Shown: one piece after another, positions 41,593 to 55,132 of the stretch
How positions within the stretch are numbered: the stretch's first letter is position 1
Layout: each line of letters opens with the position of its first letter
Origin: Eledone cirrhosa
Taxonomy: Eukaryota
Length of the DNA: 64,000 nt
Assembly (NCBI GenBank): GCA_964016885.1
Contig: OZ024756.1
Coordinates: forward strand, 620,001-684,000
Direction: 5' to 3'
Notes under the pieces: generated by a model
The model's database searches: none
What the model was told of the DNA's origin: nothing
Seen by the model: the letters and a program-made list of their open reading frames with translations, nothing else
Translations under genes and position numbers: made by a program

Positions 41593-42271
41593 ATAAGTAT
41601 GTATACGTACATACATATATGTATACAGACGCACAGTAGTATGTATATATATATATACATATATATATGAACGTATGGATTTACCGAGCATTTATTATAA
41701 CGCTCGGTTTGTTTGTAAACAAACATTCCGAATTAAGCCGTACAGTGTTTAGCAACCATCGTTGCCCTTTTGTTCAACACTGACAAAGGAACGATGTACT
41801 AGTTTCAAGCTTATTAGCTATCGTCAGCACCGTATACCTTCCTGCCAGATGATTGAACGTCTGAAAGTATATACTTTCCTTATGCATATTAACGGCTGAG
41901 CAGCCTAATTTGCATATCGAATGAGTTAATCGGCCGGGCGCCCCGAAAACGATAAATGGAAAATATGAAACGAAATTTCATTTCTCACTCTTAGTACGGC
42001 ACTTACTTAAATATAAGTATGTATACGTACATACATATATGTATACAGACGTACAGTAGTATGTATATATATACATACGTGCACACACATATATATATAT
42101 ATCTACGTATGGATTTACCGAGCATTTATTAGAATGCTCGGTTTGTTTGTAAACAAACATCCCAAATTAAGCCGTACAGTGTTTAGCAACCATCGTTGCC
42201 CTTTTGTTCAACACTGACAAAGGAACGATGCGCCCGGCCGATTAACTCACTCAATATGCAAATTAGGCTGC
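41593..42271 (-). mobile_element. Retrozyme-like / non-autonomous Penelope-like element: 434-nt monomer plus partial repeat plus 5' inverted segment
   Basis: Direct repeat 41593-41796 / 42013-42230; hammerhead at 41792-41832; 42231-42271 is the inverse of 41900-41940; another copy in opposite orientation at 43562-43810. Confidence 0.75.
41792..41832 (-). ncRNA. Minimal type I hammerhead ribozyme
   Basis: Minus strand: CGGTG-CTGACGA-TAGCT aata AGCTT-GAAA-CTAG-TA-CATCG; palindromic minimal stem III (ACTAGT), GUA triplet. Confidence 0.8.
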
Positions 42272-42699
42272 CTCTGCGTCTGTGGCAAATTCCAAAAGAA
42301 TCTTTTTGAATTTGCCACAGACGCAGAGGCAGTGATTTTCTCAATGGCTAGGAATTCAGTCCACGCTTTGCTATTTCCTATCCACTGAATTATTTTTTAA
42401 TAAGTTTCCAGAGTCCTCGCTTTGCCTGGAAACTTACATGAGAATAGACTTTCCTGACAACGGAATGCTTCTCTATATCTTCTTCGGAAAATATATTTAC
42501 TCCATTCCAGAAACTAATTAGTTGGAAGTGATATTTTAGTAAGTAAGTTAATTTTATAATTTTCTTATTTTACGTCTCTTATATTATTGTTCTGCAACCC
42601 CATGCATTGAACCACAATGTTATTAAGACAAAACCTATATATTTGCTAGCATTGATATGCATATGTATATATATATGTTACTAGATATGAATTCTTTAT

Positions 42700-42733
<34 letters not shown>

Positions 42734-42995
42734 AAAACACACACACACACACACATATTTATATATATATATATTCTGTCATTACAACAACAGAGGTTTT
42801 GATTCCAGAGTCGGGTCAGATCGATACAGATCCAACCTTGAGCTGATCAATAGTGAAACACGTGTCACCAATCAATAAACGTAATGAAGGCATAACAAAT
42901 CGTCCTTACTTTGCCTTTCATCCTTACGGGGTCGATAAAATAAAGTACCAGTAATGTACTGGGTAATTGCTGGCCTTGTGCCAAAAGTAGAAACA

Positions 42996-43122
<127 letters not shown>

Positions 43123-43312
43123 AACAAGTAAGACCCCTACGGCTGAGCTCAAGCCGTTTCAACGGCTAATTCTGGAGTCCAGAATTAGCCGTCGAAACAG
43201 CTTGAGCTCAGCCGTCGGGGTCTTACTTGTTCCTATTACCCACTCTACTACCCTAAGTATTGAGTACTTTGGTGCGTTATGGTCCACCTTGTTCCTTACC
43301 ACATTTCTTTCG

Positions 43313-43360
<48 letters not shown>

Positions 43361-43561
43361 AAACTGAACCTCAACCGATAAGGTCTGGTTTCTTGGGTAT
43401 GTCAACATTTATAAAACAAATTTTGGATTTTATCTGATGAGAGCGTACCAAATTTTGGTACGCTCTCATCAAATGTATATAATAGAATATATATGGTTTT
43501 ATAAATCTAGTTTCCATTTATTAATATCATTGATATATAAATAAATATATATATATATATA

Positions 43562-43596
43562 TGCTGACGATAGCTAATAAGCTTGAAACTAGTACA
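43562..43596 (+). ncRNA. Second copy of the minimal hammerhead (stem I 5' arm truncated)
   Basis: TG-CTGACGA-TAGCTAATAAGCTT-GAAA-CTAG-TA-CA; core identical to 41792-41832. Confidence 0.65.
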
Positions 43597-44294
43597 GCGT
43601 TCCTTTGTCAGTGTTGAACAAACGAGCAACGAGGGTTGCTAGACACTACGGCTTAATACGGGATGTTTGTTTACAAACACACCGAGCATTATAATAAATG
43701 TTCGGTGAATCCATACGTACATATATATATGTGTGCATGTATGTATATATATATATACATACTACTGTATGTTTGTATACATATATGTATGTACGTGTAC
43801 ATACTTATATATATATATATATATATATATATAGATAGATAGATAGATATATGTATGTATATACACATATACACAGGAACTCATGCAATTCACCCATAGT
43901 CAGCAAAAATTTAATTGACAACATACCGTCTATACTTGAATATAAGCCAAGGGTTTAATGCCCCCCTCCCCCCACTAACAATTCCATGGTAGAATGGGGG
44001 GGGGGGGTCAATATTGTGATTTTCACCAGACTTCAAATTCTACATAAATAAGGTTTGGATTTTTGCCCATTTCTCAGACATAAAATAGTGGGATCGACTT
44101 ATACCGTATATTCCAGTATATACGGTATATACACCTTCTCCATTCTGTCCGCCAGGGCTGTGGGGAGGCCAGCACGTGGGACCCCATTTGATCACCATAC
44201 AGAGAGATGGGGAGGGCGAGAGAGATGGAGGCGATGACAGTGGGAGTTTGGCTCTTCCACGTTCGGACCATATCCTTGTGGTTGTGTTCATTAT

Positions 44295-44795
44295 CTAGCT
44301 ATGGAATTATAAGAGAGTTGTCTAATAAAGACTTCTTTGATAGAGCAGCCCCATATTATAATTGTTTCTACTTTTGGCACAAGGCCAACAATTATCCCAG
44401 TGTATTACTGGTACTTTATTTCATCGACCTCGTAAGGATGAAAGACAAAGTTAACCTTCGCGGGATTTGAACTCAGACCACAAAGGGCCGTAACTCTTTG
44501 CTTCAAAGCATGGCGTCCGACCCTCTATAATAGCGCCCTAACAGTGGCTTTAAAGATAAGATAGGATTTTCTACAGCCCTGACCCCTAGAAATAAGAGAA
44601 ATAAAACCAGAAATATTGAATGATTCACCTCTCTTCATCCTGACTGTTAAATCAACGTAGGAAAGAAACTCTTAACTGCCATAGACAAACATTTCTCCGT
44701 GGGCCAGAAATACTGTCAGATTTTTAACAAACAATCAAAGGTAGATATTCCTGCATGGACCAGAAATGTAAAAAATCTCCATCACAAATCTATGA
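44295..44795 (+). mobile_element. Decayed Penelope-like fragment interrupted by a SINE
   Basis: GIIRELSNKDFFDRAAPYYN ... NVGKKLLTAIDKHF resembles the Penelope (Neptune-type) region downstream of RT. Confidence 0.5.
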
Positions 44796-45235
44796 GTTGG
44801 TCCCAGGACCAGACTGCTCACGTAGAAAACTACAAGATGAAGCATGCTCCCTGCCACCACCTCCCACCACTACCTCTTACCACTACCACATCCTACCACC
44901 ACCCCCATCTCCAGAGGTTGACACTCAGTTATTGATTGATTTCATGGTCTGTTGGTTATAGTGGTGGTGGGAGTAGAGGTCCTTCACAGGTGACTGCACA
45001 GACAGCCTCCTCCTCTTGGGTGGAGGGTGGAGGGTGGAAGCTGGGGTTAATGGTGTTAGGAGAATCACTTACTCATGCTCACGTATACACATAAACATAC
45101 GCATACACAGATACACATACACAAATACACATACGCACATACACATAGATGCACATATACACTGACTACACACATACATATTTACACACTGACGCACACA
45201 CATGCACACATCAATCCATCCAGCAATATGTGCAC

Positions 45236-45296
<61 letters not shown>

Positions 45297-45299
<3 letters not shown>

Positions 45300-46085
45300 A
45301 TAAGCAGAACAAGCAAAATTCAACCAATTTTTTAAAATAATTAAAAAAATATAATATAAATATTTACCTCTTCTAATGGCCCTGACTGATCAGTTTCGCT
45401 TTGTAAAACACCAGAAATCCATTGGATATCTAATGGAAAACCAAAGTTCATTTAAAAAATTGGTTGAATTTTGCTTGTTCTGCTTATCTTAATATTATAG
45501 TTCTGGTATGTCAAATTAATACCATTGAACAACCTTGAATCATAGACAACCTATGTATTTCTAGGGGTACTTAGTACCCTTGGACATATTAACTTCATTT
45601 ATTATTCTCCGTTATGTAGAGAACAAATCCGTTGTTCTATTTAGCTGCTATTTTTTTAGTAGTAATATAGACAACACGTCTATGGTTTCCCGCTTTTACT
45701 TCAGACCGTTTCACATACGGGTCACTTTTACGACCTTATCAGACCCGTGTTAGCTGGCAGTAGACGATATATATATTTTATCGTTCCTGGGTCTTTAGCC
45801 CTAGGAAAGGAAAATGCTTCTCTGATGAACTTTGGTTTTCCATTAGATATCCAATGGATTTCTGGTGTTTTACAAAGCGAAACTGATCAGTCAGGGCCAT
45901 TAGAAGAGGTAAATATTTATATTATATTTTTTAAATTATTTTAAAAAATTGGTTGAATTTTGCTTGTTCTGCTTATCTTAATATTATAGTTCTGGTATGT
46001 CAAATTAATACCATTGAACAACCTTGAATCATAGACAACCTATGTATTTCTAGGGGTACTTAGTACCCTTGGACATATTAACTTC

Positions 46086-46090
<5 letters not shown>
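45297..46090 (+). mobile_element. Second retrozyme-like element: 5' inverted segment plus ~490-nt monomer plus partial repeat
   Basis: 45452-45600 is repeated at 45941-46090; 45297-45451 is the inverse of 45825-45980; hammerhead at 45814-45900; flanked by (TA)n. Confidence 0.75.
45814..45900 (+). ncRNA. Type I hammerhead ribozyme
   Basis: ATGCTTCT-CTGATGA-ACTTTG...CAAAGC-GAAA-CTGATCAG-TC-AGGGCCAT; palindromic stem III, GUC triplet. Confidence 0.75.
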
Positions 46091-46145
<55 letters not shown>

Positions 46146-46223
46146 GCATATACATATGCATATATACATATATACACACATATACACACATATACACAAA
46201 CATGCATACGTACATGCTTACAA

Positions 46224-46260
<37 letters not shown>

Positions 46261-46370
46261 CAGAATTTATGATGACGTAGAAAAACAACAGCCAATGGCA
46301 AGATAAGAGTGGAAGATGTTTTTTGAAGGTGATTTTTGAAGCTAACAGTGAGAAAATTTGCTCCGAAAGC

Positions 46371-46470
46371 ATTGCATGTGTCCGAAGAACCCGCAGTTAT
46401 AGAATCAGGCAGATCTATACAATGATCGTGTCTCGAGTTGTCTGCCGGCGAAACAATTGTAACACGCAAT
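46371..46470 (+). ncRNA. Hammerhead motif with CCGAAGA core variant
   Basis: ATTGC(AT)GTGT-CCGAAGA-ACCCGCAG...CTGCCGGC-GAAA-CAATTG-TA-ACAC GCAAT. Confidence 0.6.
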
Positions 46471-46507
46471 AAACTGAGTCTAGATGCATCACTCATTTTT
46501 CGTTTTT

Positions 46508-46553
<46 letters not shown>

Positions 46554-46685
46554 AGGGGGTGTAACTTGGAGTTACTGCAGGTTCACCCGGGAGAGCACTC
46601 GATGGTTAGGTTCACTTCTGTGATGAGGTATAGAGCTATACAGAGTGTAATATATTGTATATATTCATTTTCTTATAGCATTTTA

Positions 46686-46774
46686 AAGGGTCCGTCGAGC
46701 TGCCGATCATTGAGTCGGGTAGGATCGATACAGATCGAACCTTGAGCTGATCAGTGGCGAAACGCGCGTCACTT
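46686..46774 (+). ncRNA. Degenerate hammerhead motif (CCGTCGA core)
   Basis: AGGGT-CCGTCGA-GCTGCCGATCA...TGATCAGTGGC-GAAA-CGCGCG-TC-ACTT; a 3'-half copy at 42808-42905 has GAAACACGTGTC. Confidence 0.5.
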
Positions 46775-46821
46775 ACCAATAAATGTAATGAAGGAGTAAC
46801 CAATCGTCCTTGTTACCTTTC

Positions 46822-46853
<32 letters not shown>

Positions 46854-46871
46854 ATATATATATATATATAT

Positions 46872-47693
46872 ACAGCCGAAGCTTCACCCCCACGCAGATC
46901 TTGACGCCACCATTCGATGCTGTGAGGAATTCATCTGCAATGTGAGTTTCGACAGTGCAGGCTGGCAACAGGCAACACCCCCAGCGAAGTTCGGTGGCCT
47001 CGGCCTCCGATCAGCTGCAGACCTAGCTTTACCTGCCTACCTCTCCTCTATCTCCACCTGTTGCGCTCTCGTCAGCGAGGTTCACTGCCAGACAGCCGAA
47101 CCTGACCTGGCCTCTGAGATAGAACAGGCTCTGGCCGACTGGACAGGCGGAGGCTTCGCTATCCGCCCCCAGCATACCATGGACCAACCCAGCCTCGCCT
47201 GTCTCCGCTCCAATTCTCAGCCCAACAGCGGCGCGTGGCTCAATTAGTGCCCTCCTCATCAACCGGTACCCTTCTTGATGATGAGTGTACTCGCATCGGA
47301 GTAGCCCAGCGCCTTGGCTTCCGCGTGTGTGAGCCACATAAATACCGCTGCGGGGCGGTTGTTGATAAGTTCGGCCTGCACCCTCTGTCTTGCCGCCAGA
47401 GTGTGGACCGGCCCCCCCCCCCCTCCGACACGCTGCTCTCAACGACATATTGAGAAGAAGCCTGAATGAAGCTGGCTTTCCATCCCAACTGGAGCCAGCA
47501 GGCCTAGACCGCTGAGATGGCAAGTGCTCTGAAGAAATCACCCTCTTCCCATTCGAAGGTGGTAGATCCCTCATCTGGGACGCCATATGTTGCGACACAT
47601 TCTCCGCCTCCAACTTAGTTGCTTCGACCACAAACCCCGGCATCGCGGCCCGCCTCGCAGAAGAGCGTAAAATACACAAATACCGGGGTTTGT
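46872..47693 (+). mobile_element. CRE-like non-LTR retrotransposon fragment (post-RT region, zinc knuckle, restriction-like endonuclease), frameshifted
   Basis: WQQAT.PAKFGGLGLRSAADLALPAYLSS...SGAWL...[15 protein letters not shown]...LEPAGL..DGK...LIWD..C.DT...AEERKIHKY. Confidence 0.8.
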
Positions 47694-48354
47694 CACACAC
47701 ACACACATACATGTAGACATATATAGGTGTAGAAAGTGGGTGTGGTCACATATACACACTGACACACACAGAGACAGACGGACATATATACAGGTAGAAA
47801 GTGGGTGTGGCTACAATGACACACATACAGAGAGACAGACTGACAGGCATAAAGTGGGTGTGGTCACACACTAACAGACAGGTATAAAGTGGGTGTGGCC
47901 ACACACTGACAGGCAGACTGACAGGTATAAAGTGGGTGTGGCCACACACTGACAGACTGACTGACATGTATAAAGTGGGTGTGGCCAAACACGGCTGAGT
48001 CAGTGAGACTGTTGTAGAGAGATGGAATACAACATGTCGATTAAATCAATGATGGAGGGAGACATCCATATATAGATATTGGGTCTGTTTTGACATACAC
48101 ACACATATATATATATATAGTGAGACTGACACACATACAGAGACAGAGACATACACACACAGACATACACACACATATATACAGAGATAGACACACATAC
48201 AGAGACATACATACATATATACATACAGACACACACACATACAGAGACACAGACACAGACACACACAGACATACATAGACAGAGAGACACACACATACAC
48301 ACATATAAACACACACACACACACACACACCGAGAGACACACACACACCGAGAG

Positions 48355-48416
<62 letters not shown>

Positions 48417-48500
48417 ATGTGGTTGATGACTGAGAGAAAAGAGTACTCAATACCGAAGTAGAGTGTTAATATTCATTTTATTGAGGCTAAATTGTCTTGT

Positions 48501-48538
48501 TACTCTGGAGTTTCACCTGCTTGCTCCCGGGGTCTTCA
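48501..48538 (-). ncRNA. Truncated hammerhead remnant
   Basis: Minus strand: TGAAGA-CCCC...GGT-GAAA-CTC ca GAG-TA; the first core C and the stem I 5' arm are lost at a (TA)n junction. Confidence 0.4.
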
Positions 48539-48556
48539 TATATATATATATATATA

Positions 48557-50060
48557 GGGAAAAGTATGACCCCGACGGCAGAGCTCAACCCGTATCGACG
48601 GCTATTTCTGGACTAAATTAGAATTTTTAACCAGGTGAATAAATAGCCGAACTTGTCAAGGGGTACTTCCTTATATGGGAAGATTGTAGTTGTCAAGAGG
48701 ATTGGTTAAAATTTGTTGTAAACACAAATAAGTCTATCATGGCATTTGGTGGGAGATAGGGGTGGCTGAACTTGCCTGTAGAACAATAGGGGAGTGAGTG
48801 AAGCCGGTCAAGCGTTGAAAGTGATATGTATACAGCAGATTCTAAGGATAGTGTATGAAATGGAGGAGGGAGGTTATAGAATAAGTAATTCGGATGAGAG
48901 TAGGAGATAATAAAAGATAAGAGAAAGAAATACAAAAATATATAAAATTAGATAGTGAGAAATGAATAAAAAAAATCCCAATGCTATCTTACAATTACAG
49001 GTTAATAAGTTGAGAATAGAAAAAAATTGTAGAAATGGAGTAGTAACAAAAATGATACAAAATTAAAGGGGTCTAACACATCTGCTATAAGTAGTTAGTA
49101 AAACGTATTCGGCCAATTCTATCTTAAAATTACAGGGGTGGGGGAACTGATGCTACAGAGGCCCGATGGGCTGCATCAGGGTAGGCGAAAGGGGAAAAGC
49201 AGACGAGGAAGAAAATAAGAGGTGGAATGAAGTGATAGGATGAGACATAGAAGAAAAGAAAATAGATACATCTACCTATGTAAGCTGGGGTTTCCCCTAA
49301 CTTATTCGGCAAGTGTGTGTGTGTGGGGGGGGGGGAGGGAGTAGTATCAGCCCTTGTCTACCCACCCGGGTCGTTGTGGGGTTTGAGGGCGAGGTAAGTC
49401 CTACGCAATCTGTGTTTGCATGCGGTTACCAGTTCGTCTTTCTTGTTTAGGAGTTGGTCCTTCGAAAACAGCATTTGTAATGTTTCCTCCGAGCATAAGT
49501 TACACGGACGGCGTCCTCCCATGTAAGAGTTAGCTCTGGACAGTAAGCTCCAAGTGAGATTGTAGGTTATATTATTATCTTGGAGGTCTCAGATGTGGCC
49601 CGAAAGTGTAGTGGCATGTCGCCGGAACGGGTTTCGAAAAATATGTCGGTGTTGGTAGGGCCGGGTCTTGAAGTCACAAGCGGTTAATCCTATATAAGCT
49701 TTGTTGGAGGTGTCTGTCCTCACGTTGCACTAGTAGATCACGTTACGTTCTCGGCATTTGTTGTTGAGGGGCACTTAGATCTATCAGGCCAGTTACACCT
49801 CCTGGTCGGCTCTTCACTGATGTCTAGGTTGTTTCTTCCATAGAGGTTGAGTTTTTTGTTGTTTGAAGAGACGATGTTTTGTGCGAAGTTAGGTGTGGTG
49901 CTGTAGGAGAGTTTGATGATGTTTTTGTTGATTATGTTGTGGTAGCGGTGTTGTAGTGGGAAGTGTTTTTCGAGGAACCTAAAGAAGATTTTCCCGATAG
50001 GTGTTGCCACCTCGGCATTATGGGGAGGATTGAACCACGTTACGTTGCGTGACTATGCTG
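48557..50060 (-). mobile_element. Penelope-like element 3' part (GIY-YIG region) with terminal hammerhead-like repeat
   Basis: WFNPPHNAEVATPIGKIFF...KLSYSTTPN...C..CP...AYIGLT..DFKTR...LSGHI...W.LL...CNLC.EE...LLNKKDEL...CKHR; degenerate hammerhead at 48562-48668. Confidence 0.85.
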
Positions 50061-50078
50061 TATACAATCCATTACTAT

Positions 50079-50785
<707 letters not shown>

Positions 50786-50937
50786 ATGTGTGTGTGTATA
50801 TCTCTCTCTCTCTCTATATATATATATACATACACACACACTTATATATATATATATATATATACGCTCGTTTCCCTCTCTTTCCTTCACCACATCCGCT
50901 GTTGTTTGTGAACCATCTGTCAGGACTGAATGTAAAA

Positions 50938-50983
<46 letters not shown>

Positions 50984-52226
50984 GGGAGAGGAGAGAGGGG
51001 GGAGATATATATAGAGGAGGAGGAAAAGGGAAGGAGAGAGGAGGAAGAAGAAGAGAAAAACAAAACAGAAACAAAAGACAACCGGTTTTGTTGTTGTTGT
51101 TGTTGTTAATGGAATCATCAATGAAACATTTGCTTTCGGACACTTTATGTAGTCATGGCAACACATAAGACGCTCTTTCATAACAACAACAACAACAACA
51201 ACAATAGTCACGACAATAGGAACTGTAACAAGAGCAACAGTAACAACAACAATAACAGTAACAACAGTAACAACAACAACAGTAACAACAACAACAGTAA
51301 CAACAACAATAACAGTAACAACAGTAACAACAGCAACAGTAACAACAACAATAACAGTAACAACAGTAACAGAACAACAACAGCAATAACAATAACAACA
51401 ACAGTAACAACAACAGTAACAACAACAGTAACAACAACAATAACAGTAACAACAGTAACAACAGCAACAGTAACAACAACAGTAACAGAACAACAACAGC
51501 AATAACAATAACAACAACAGTAACAACAACAAAATAACAACAACAACAGTAACAACAATAACAAGAGTAACTACAACAACAACAACAACAATAACAACAG
51601 TAACAACAACAACAACAACAACAATATTTGTAATTATGAATATGTTCAACACGTTGCAAAGGATATTGAGAAGGAAGCTGGGTTGAGACAGAGTGGACTG
51701 GGTGTTTACTGTAAGTTGACAGAGTGGACTGGGCGTTGTGTAAGTTGTGATATGAATGGTAGTTAAGATGGTGGTGGCGGGGTGGAGATGGTTGAGGTGG
51801 TGGTGGTGGAGATGGTAAAGGTGGTGGTAGTGGAGGAGGTGGCGGGAGAGATGGTTGTCGTGGTGATGGTAGTGCTAGTTAAGATGGTAGTAGTGGAGGA
51901 GGTGTGATGGTGGTGGAGGTGGTCGTGGGAGAGAAAGGGAGAGTGTGTATAAAAAAGAGAGAGAATGGACTGGAGTTTATTGTTTATGTTACTGTAGTGA
52001 TGGTGGAGGTGGTGGTGAAGTGTGTGTGAGGAAGAGAGAGAGAGAGAGCGGGAGAGAGAGAAAGAAAGGGAGAGAGAGTTGGAGAGAGAGAGGGGGATAC
52101 AAAGAGAACGGGAGAGAGAAAGAGCGGGAGAGAGAGAGAGAGCGGGAGAGAGAGAGAGAGCGGGAGAGAGAGAGAGAGCGGGAGAGAGAGAGGGGGGATA
52201 ACGAGAGAAAGGGAGAGAGAAAGAGC

Positions 52227-52301
<75 letters not shown>

Positions 52302-52607
52302 GGAAAGAGAGAGAGCTGGAGAGAGAGAGAGAGAGAGTTGGAAAGAGAGAGAGCTGGAGAGAGAGAGTTGGAAAGAGAGAGAGAGCTAGAGAGAGGAGGG
52401 GGATAAAGAGAGAAAGGGTGAGAGAGAGTGGGGTGGTGGTAATGGATTGTGTATGTGTGTAAATATGTATGTGTATACGAGTGAGAGAGAGAGAGAGAGG
52501 GAGGGGTGGTAATACATTGAGTAGTTCTACCTTCACTAATCACTAATTGGAAAAGCTATAACAAACACATCGATCGTGTTTTCATTGCATCTCTGTGTGT
52601 ATATATG

Positions 52608-52670
<63 letters not shown>

Positions 52671-52698
52671 TGTATATATATATATGTATGTATGTATG

Positions 52699-52736
<38 letters not shown>

Positions 52737-52760
52737 CATACATACATATATATATATACA

Positions 52761-52821
<61 letters not shown>

Positions 52822-52861
52822 CATATATATATATACATACATATATATATATATATATACA

Positions 52862-52934
<73 letters not shown>

Positions 52935-53025
52935 CATACATATGTATTTGCATGTATGTTATGTATATATGTATGTATGTACGTTATGTATGTATGGTAT
53001 GTATATATATATATATATATGTATG

Positions 53026-53062
<37 letters not shown>

Positions 53063-53161
53063 GTATGATTATATGTATATATACACACACACATACATAT
53101 GTATTTGCATGTATGTTATGTATATATATATATACATACATATATATATATGTATGTTATG

Positions 53162-53210
<49 letters not shown>

Positions 53211-53525
53211 GTATGTTTATATGTATATATGTTATGTATACACAGCACACAACAGAGATACGAAGTTTTCCCCGATTTGGAGATAAAGTTTTGGCTACTT
53301 GTATGTAAGCATATGATTACTGATAATGATGATGATAGTAGTAGTAGTAGTAGTGGTAGTAGTAGTAGTAGTAGTAGTAGTAATGGTTTCTTTAGTCACG
53401 TTAATATTAATGATGTCACTATTAGCCATACGGGGGCGTGAAAAAAGGCAGGGCAAACAAAACGAAAGCCTCGGTATTGTGAAAGACATAAATATATGTA
53501 TAAATATCGTTGTATATTTGTGTGG

Positions 53526-53619
<94 letters not shown>

Positions 53620-53733
53620 CAAACTGTTAATATAAATATTTCCACCTTCCACATTGTGTTGATTGGTCTTTTCAATTGTTTGTACCTGTATATAGATATA
53701 TGTATACATGTATATATATAATGTGTGTGTATG

Positions 53734-53775
<42 letters not shown>

Positions 53776-53879
53776 ATATATTATATCCCTCTTAAGGGTC
53801 ACAGAGTCAACGTTCACATTAATCTCTGATGTGGGTTAATTAACCCCTACTACCCACCTTCCACAACCAAGTGTATTCT

Positions 53880-54250
53880 GGACGCCATTGATATCAAAAT
53901 TAGAAGCTAAATGCAACTGTAGCGGCACCTTTATCAAATGGTTCAACGATGTTGAAAACAAAACAGACGACCGATTCTCTGAATTCGACATCGTCGACTT
54001 TTATCCCTCTATACTTTAAATCCTTTCTCATGAAAGACCTGAACTTCGAGAAACAAGACACCACGATTAGAGATCTTAACAATAGAAATATAAATGTTCG
54101 GACGTTCCTGGTATATTGTGACGAGTCCTACTGGATAACATATAAAGGAGTGTGTTTGGTATATTATGACGAGTTCTACTGGATAAAGTATAAAGGAGTG
54201 TCTCTGGTATATTGTGGGGAGTTATGAGGCTGTTGAGGTTGCTGATCTGT
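53880..54250 (+). mobile_element. Decayed Penelope-like RT fragment
   Basis: IKWFNDVENK...EFDIVDFYPSI and VGSYEAVEVADL resemble the FDI..FYPSI and MGSYDGAE RT motifs. Confidence 0.6.
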
Positions 54251-54430
54251 TTCGAATGCGCCATTTGATGCCGGGGATGTTGTGTTCTTCATTACAGAGC
54301 CTCCACATCATACGGGACAGCTAGATATATATACTGTCCAACTGATGGTATAGATATACTCTACAGCTTCTGGTGTAGATATTCTCTTCAACTTCTGGTG
54401 TAGATATACTCCCCAACTGATGGTGTAGAT

Positions 54431-55132
54431 CAGGGGTGTGCAACATATTCCATTGGCGGGCCACTTTTGAACATTGGAACAACTATTAGGGCCATTAATA
54501 TCTATTAAGCACTATTCCAAAGATCCACCACAACTTCTTTCCATAACATGGACTGGGAAATTATAACACACATAACCCTATCAGTGAAGCCCTTTAGTAT
54601 AGGTCAACTGGGGAATTATAACACACATAACCCTATCAGTGAAGCCCTTTAGTATAGGTCAACTGGGAAATTATAACACACATAACCCTATCAGTGAAGC
54701 CCTTTAGTATAGGTCAACTGGGAAATTATAACACACATAACCCTATCAGTGAAGCCCTTTAGTATAGGTCAACTGGGAAATTATAACACACATAACCCTA
54801 TCAGTGAAGCCCTTTAGTATAGGTCAACTGGGAAATTATAACACACATAACCCTATCAGTGAAGCCCTTTAGTATAGGTCAACTGGGAAATTATAACACA
54901 CATAACCCTATCAGTGAAGCCCTTTAGTATAGGTCAACTGGGAAATTATAACACACATAACCCTATCAGTGAAGCCCTTTAGTATAGGTCAACTAACAGA
55001 AAACTGTATTACGGTTACGAAAAAAATTCTAAATAAGCCTACAAGGTAAAAATTAAATCGGTCATCGCGGGCCACTCTGACTGGTCAGGCGGGCCGGATT
55101 GTGGCCCGCGGGCCACCTGTTGCACACCCCTG
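54431..55132. mobile_element. hAT (Charlie-like) MITE with internal 57-bp tandem array
   Basis: 15-bp TIR CAGGGGTGTGCAACA / TGTTGCACACCCCTG; perfect 8-bp TSD GTGTAGAT at 54423-54430 and 55133-55140; ~8 x 57-bp units at 54552-54994. Confidence 0.9.

Noticed and set aside
45700-45750. Antisense hammerhead-like motif (CTGATAA...GAAACGGTC) within the 490-nt unit, which would suggest a viroid-like ambisense RNA
   Set aside because: Core mismatch, a 7-nt insertion before GAAA and no stem I pairing.
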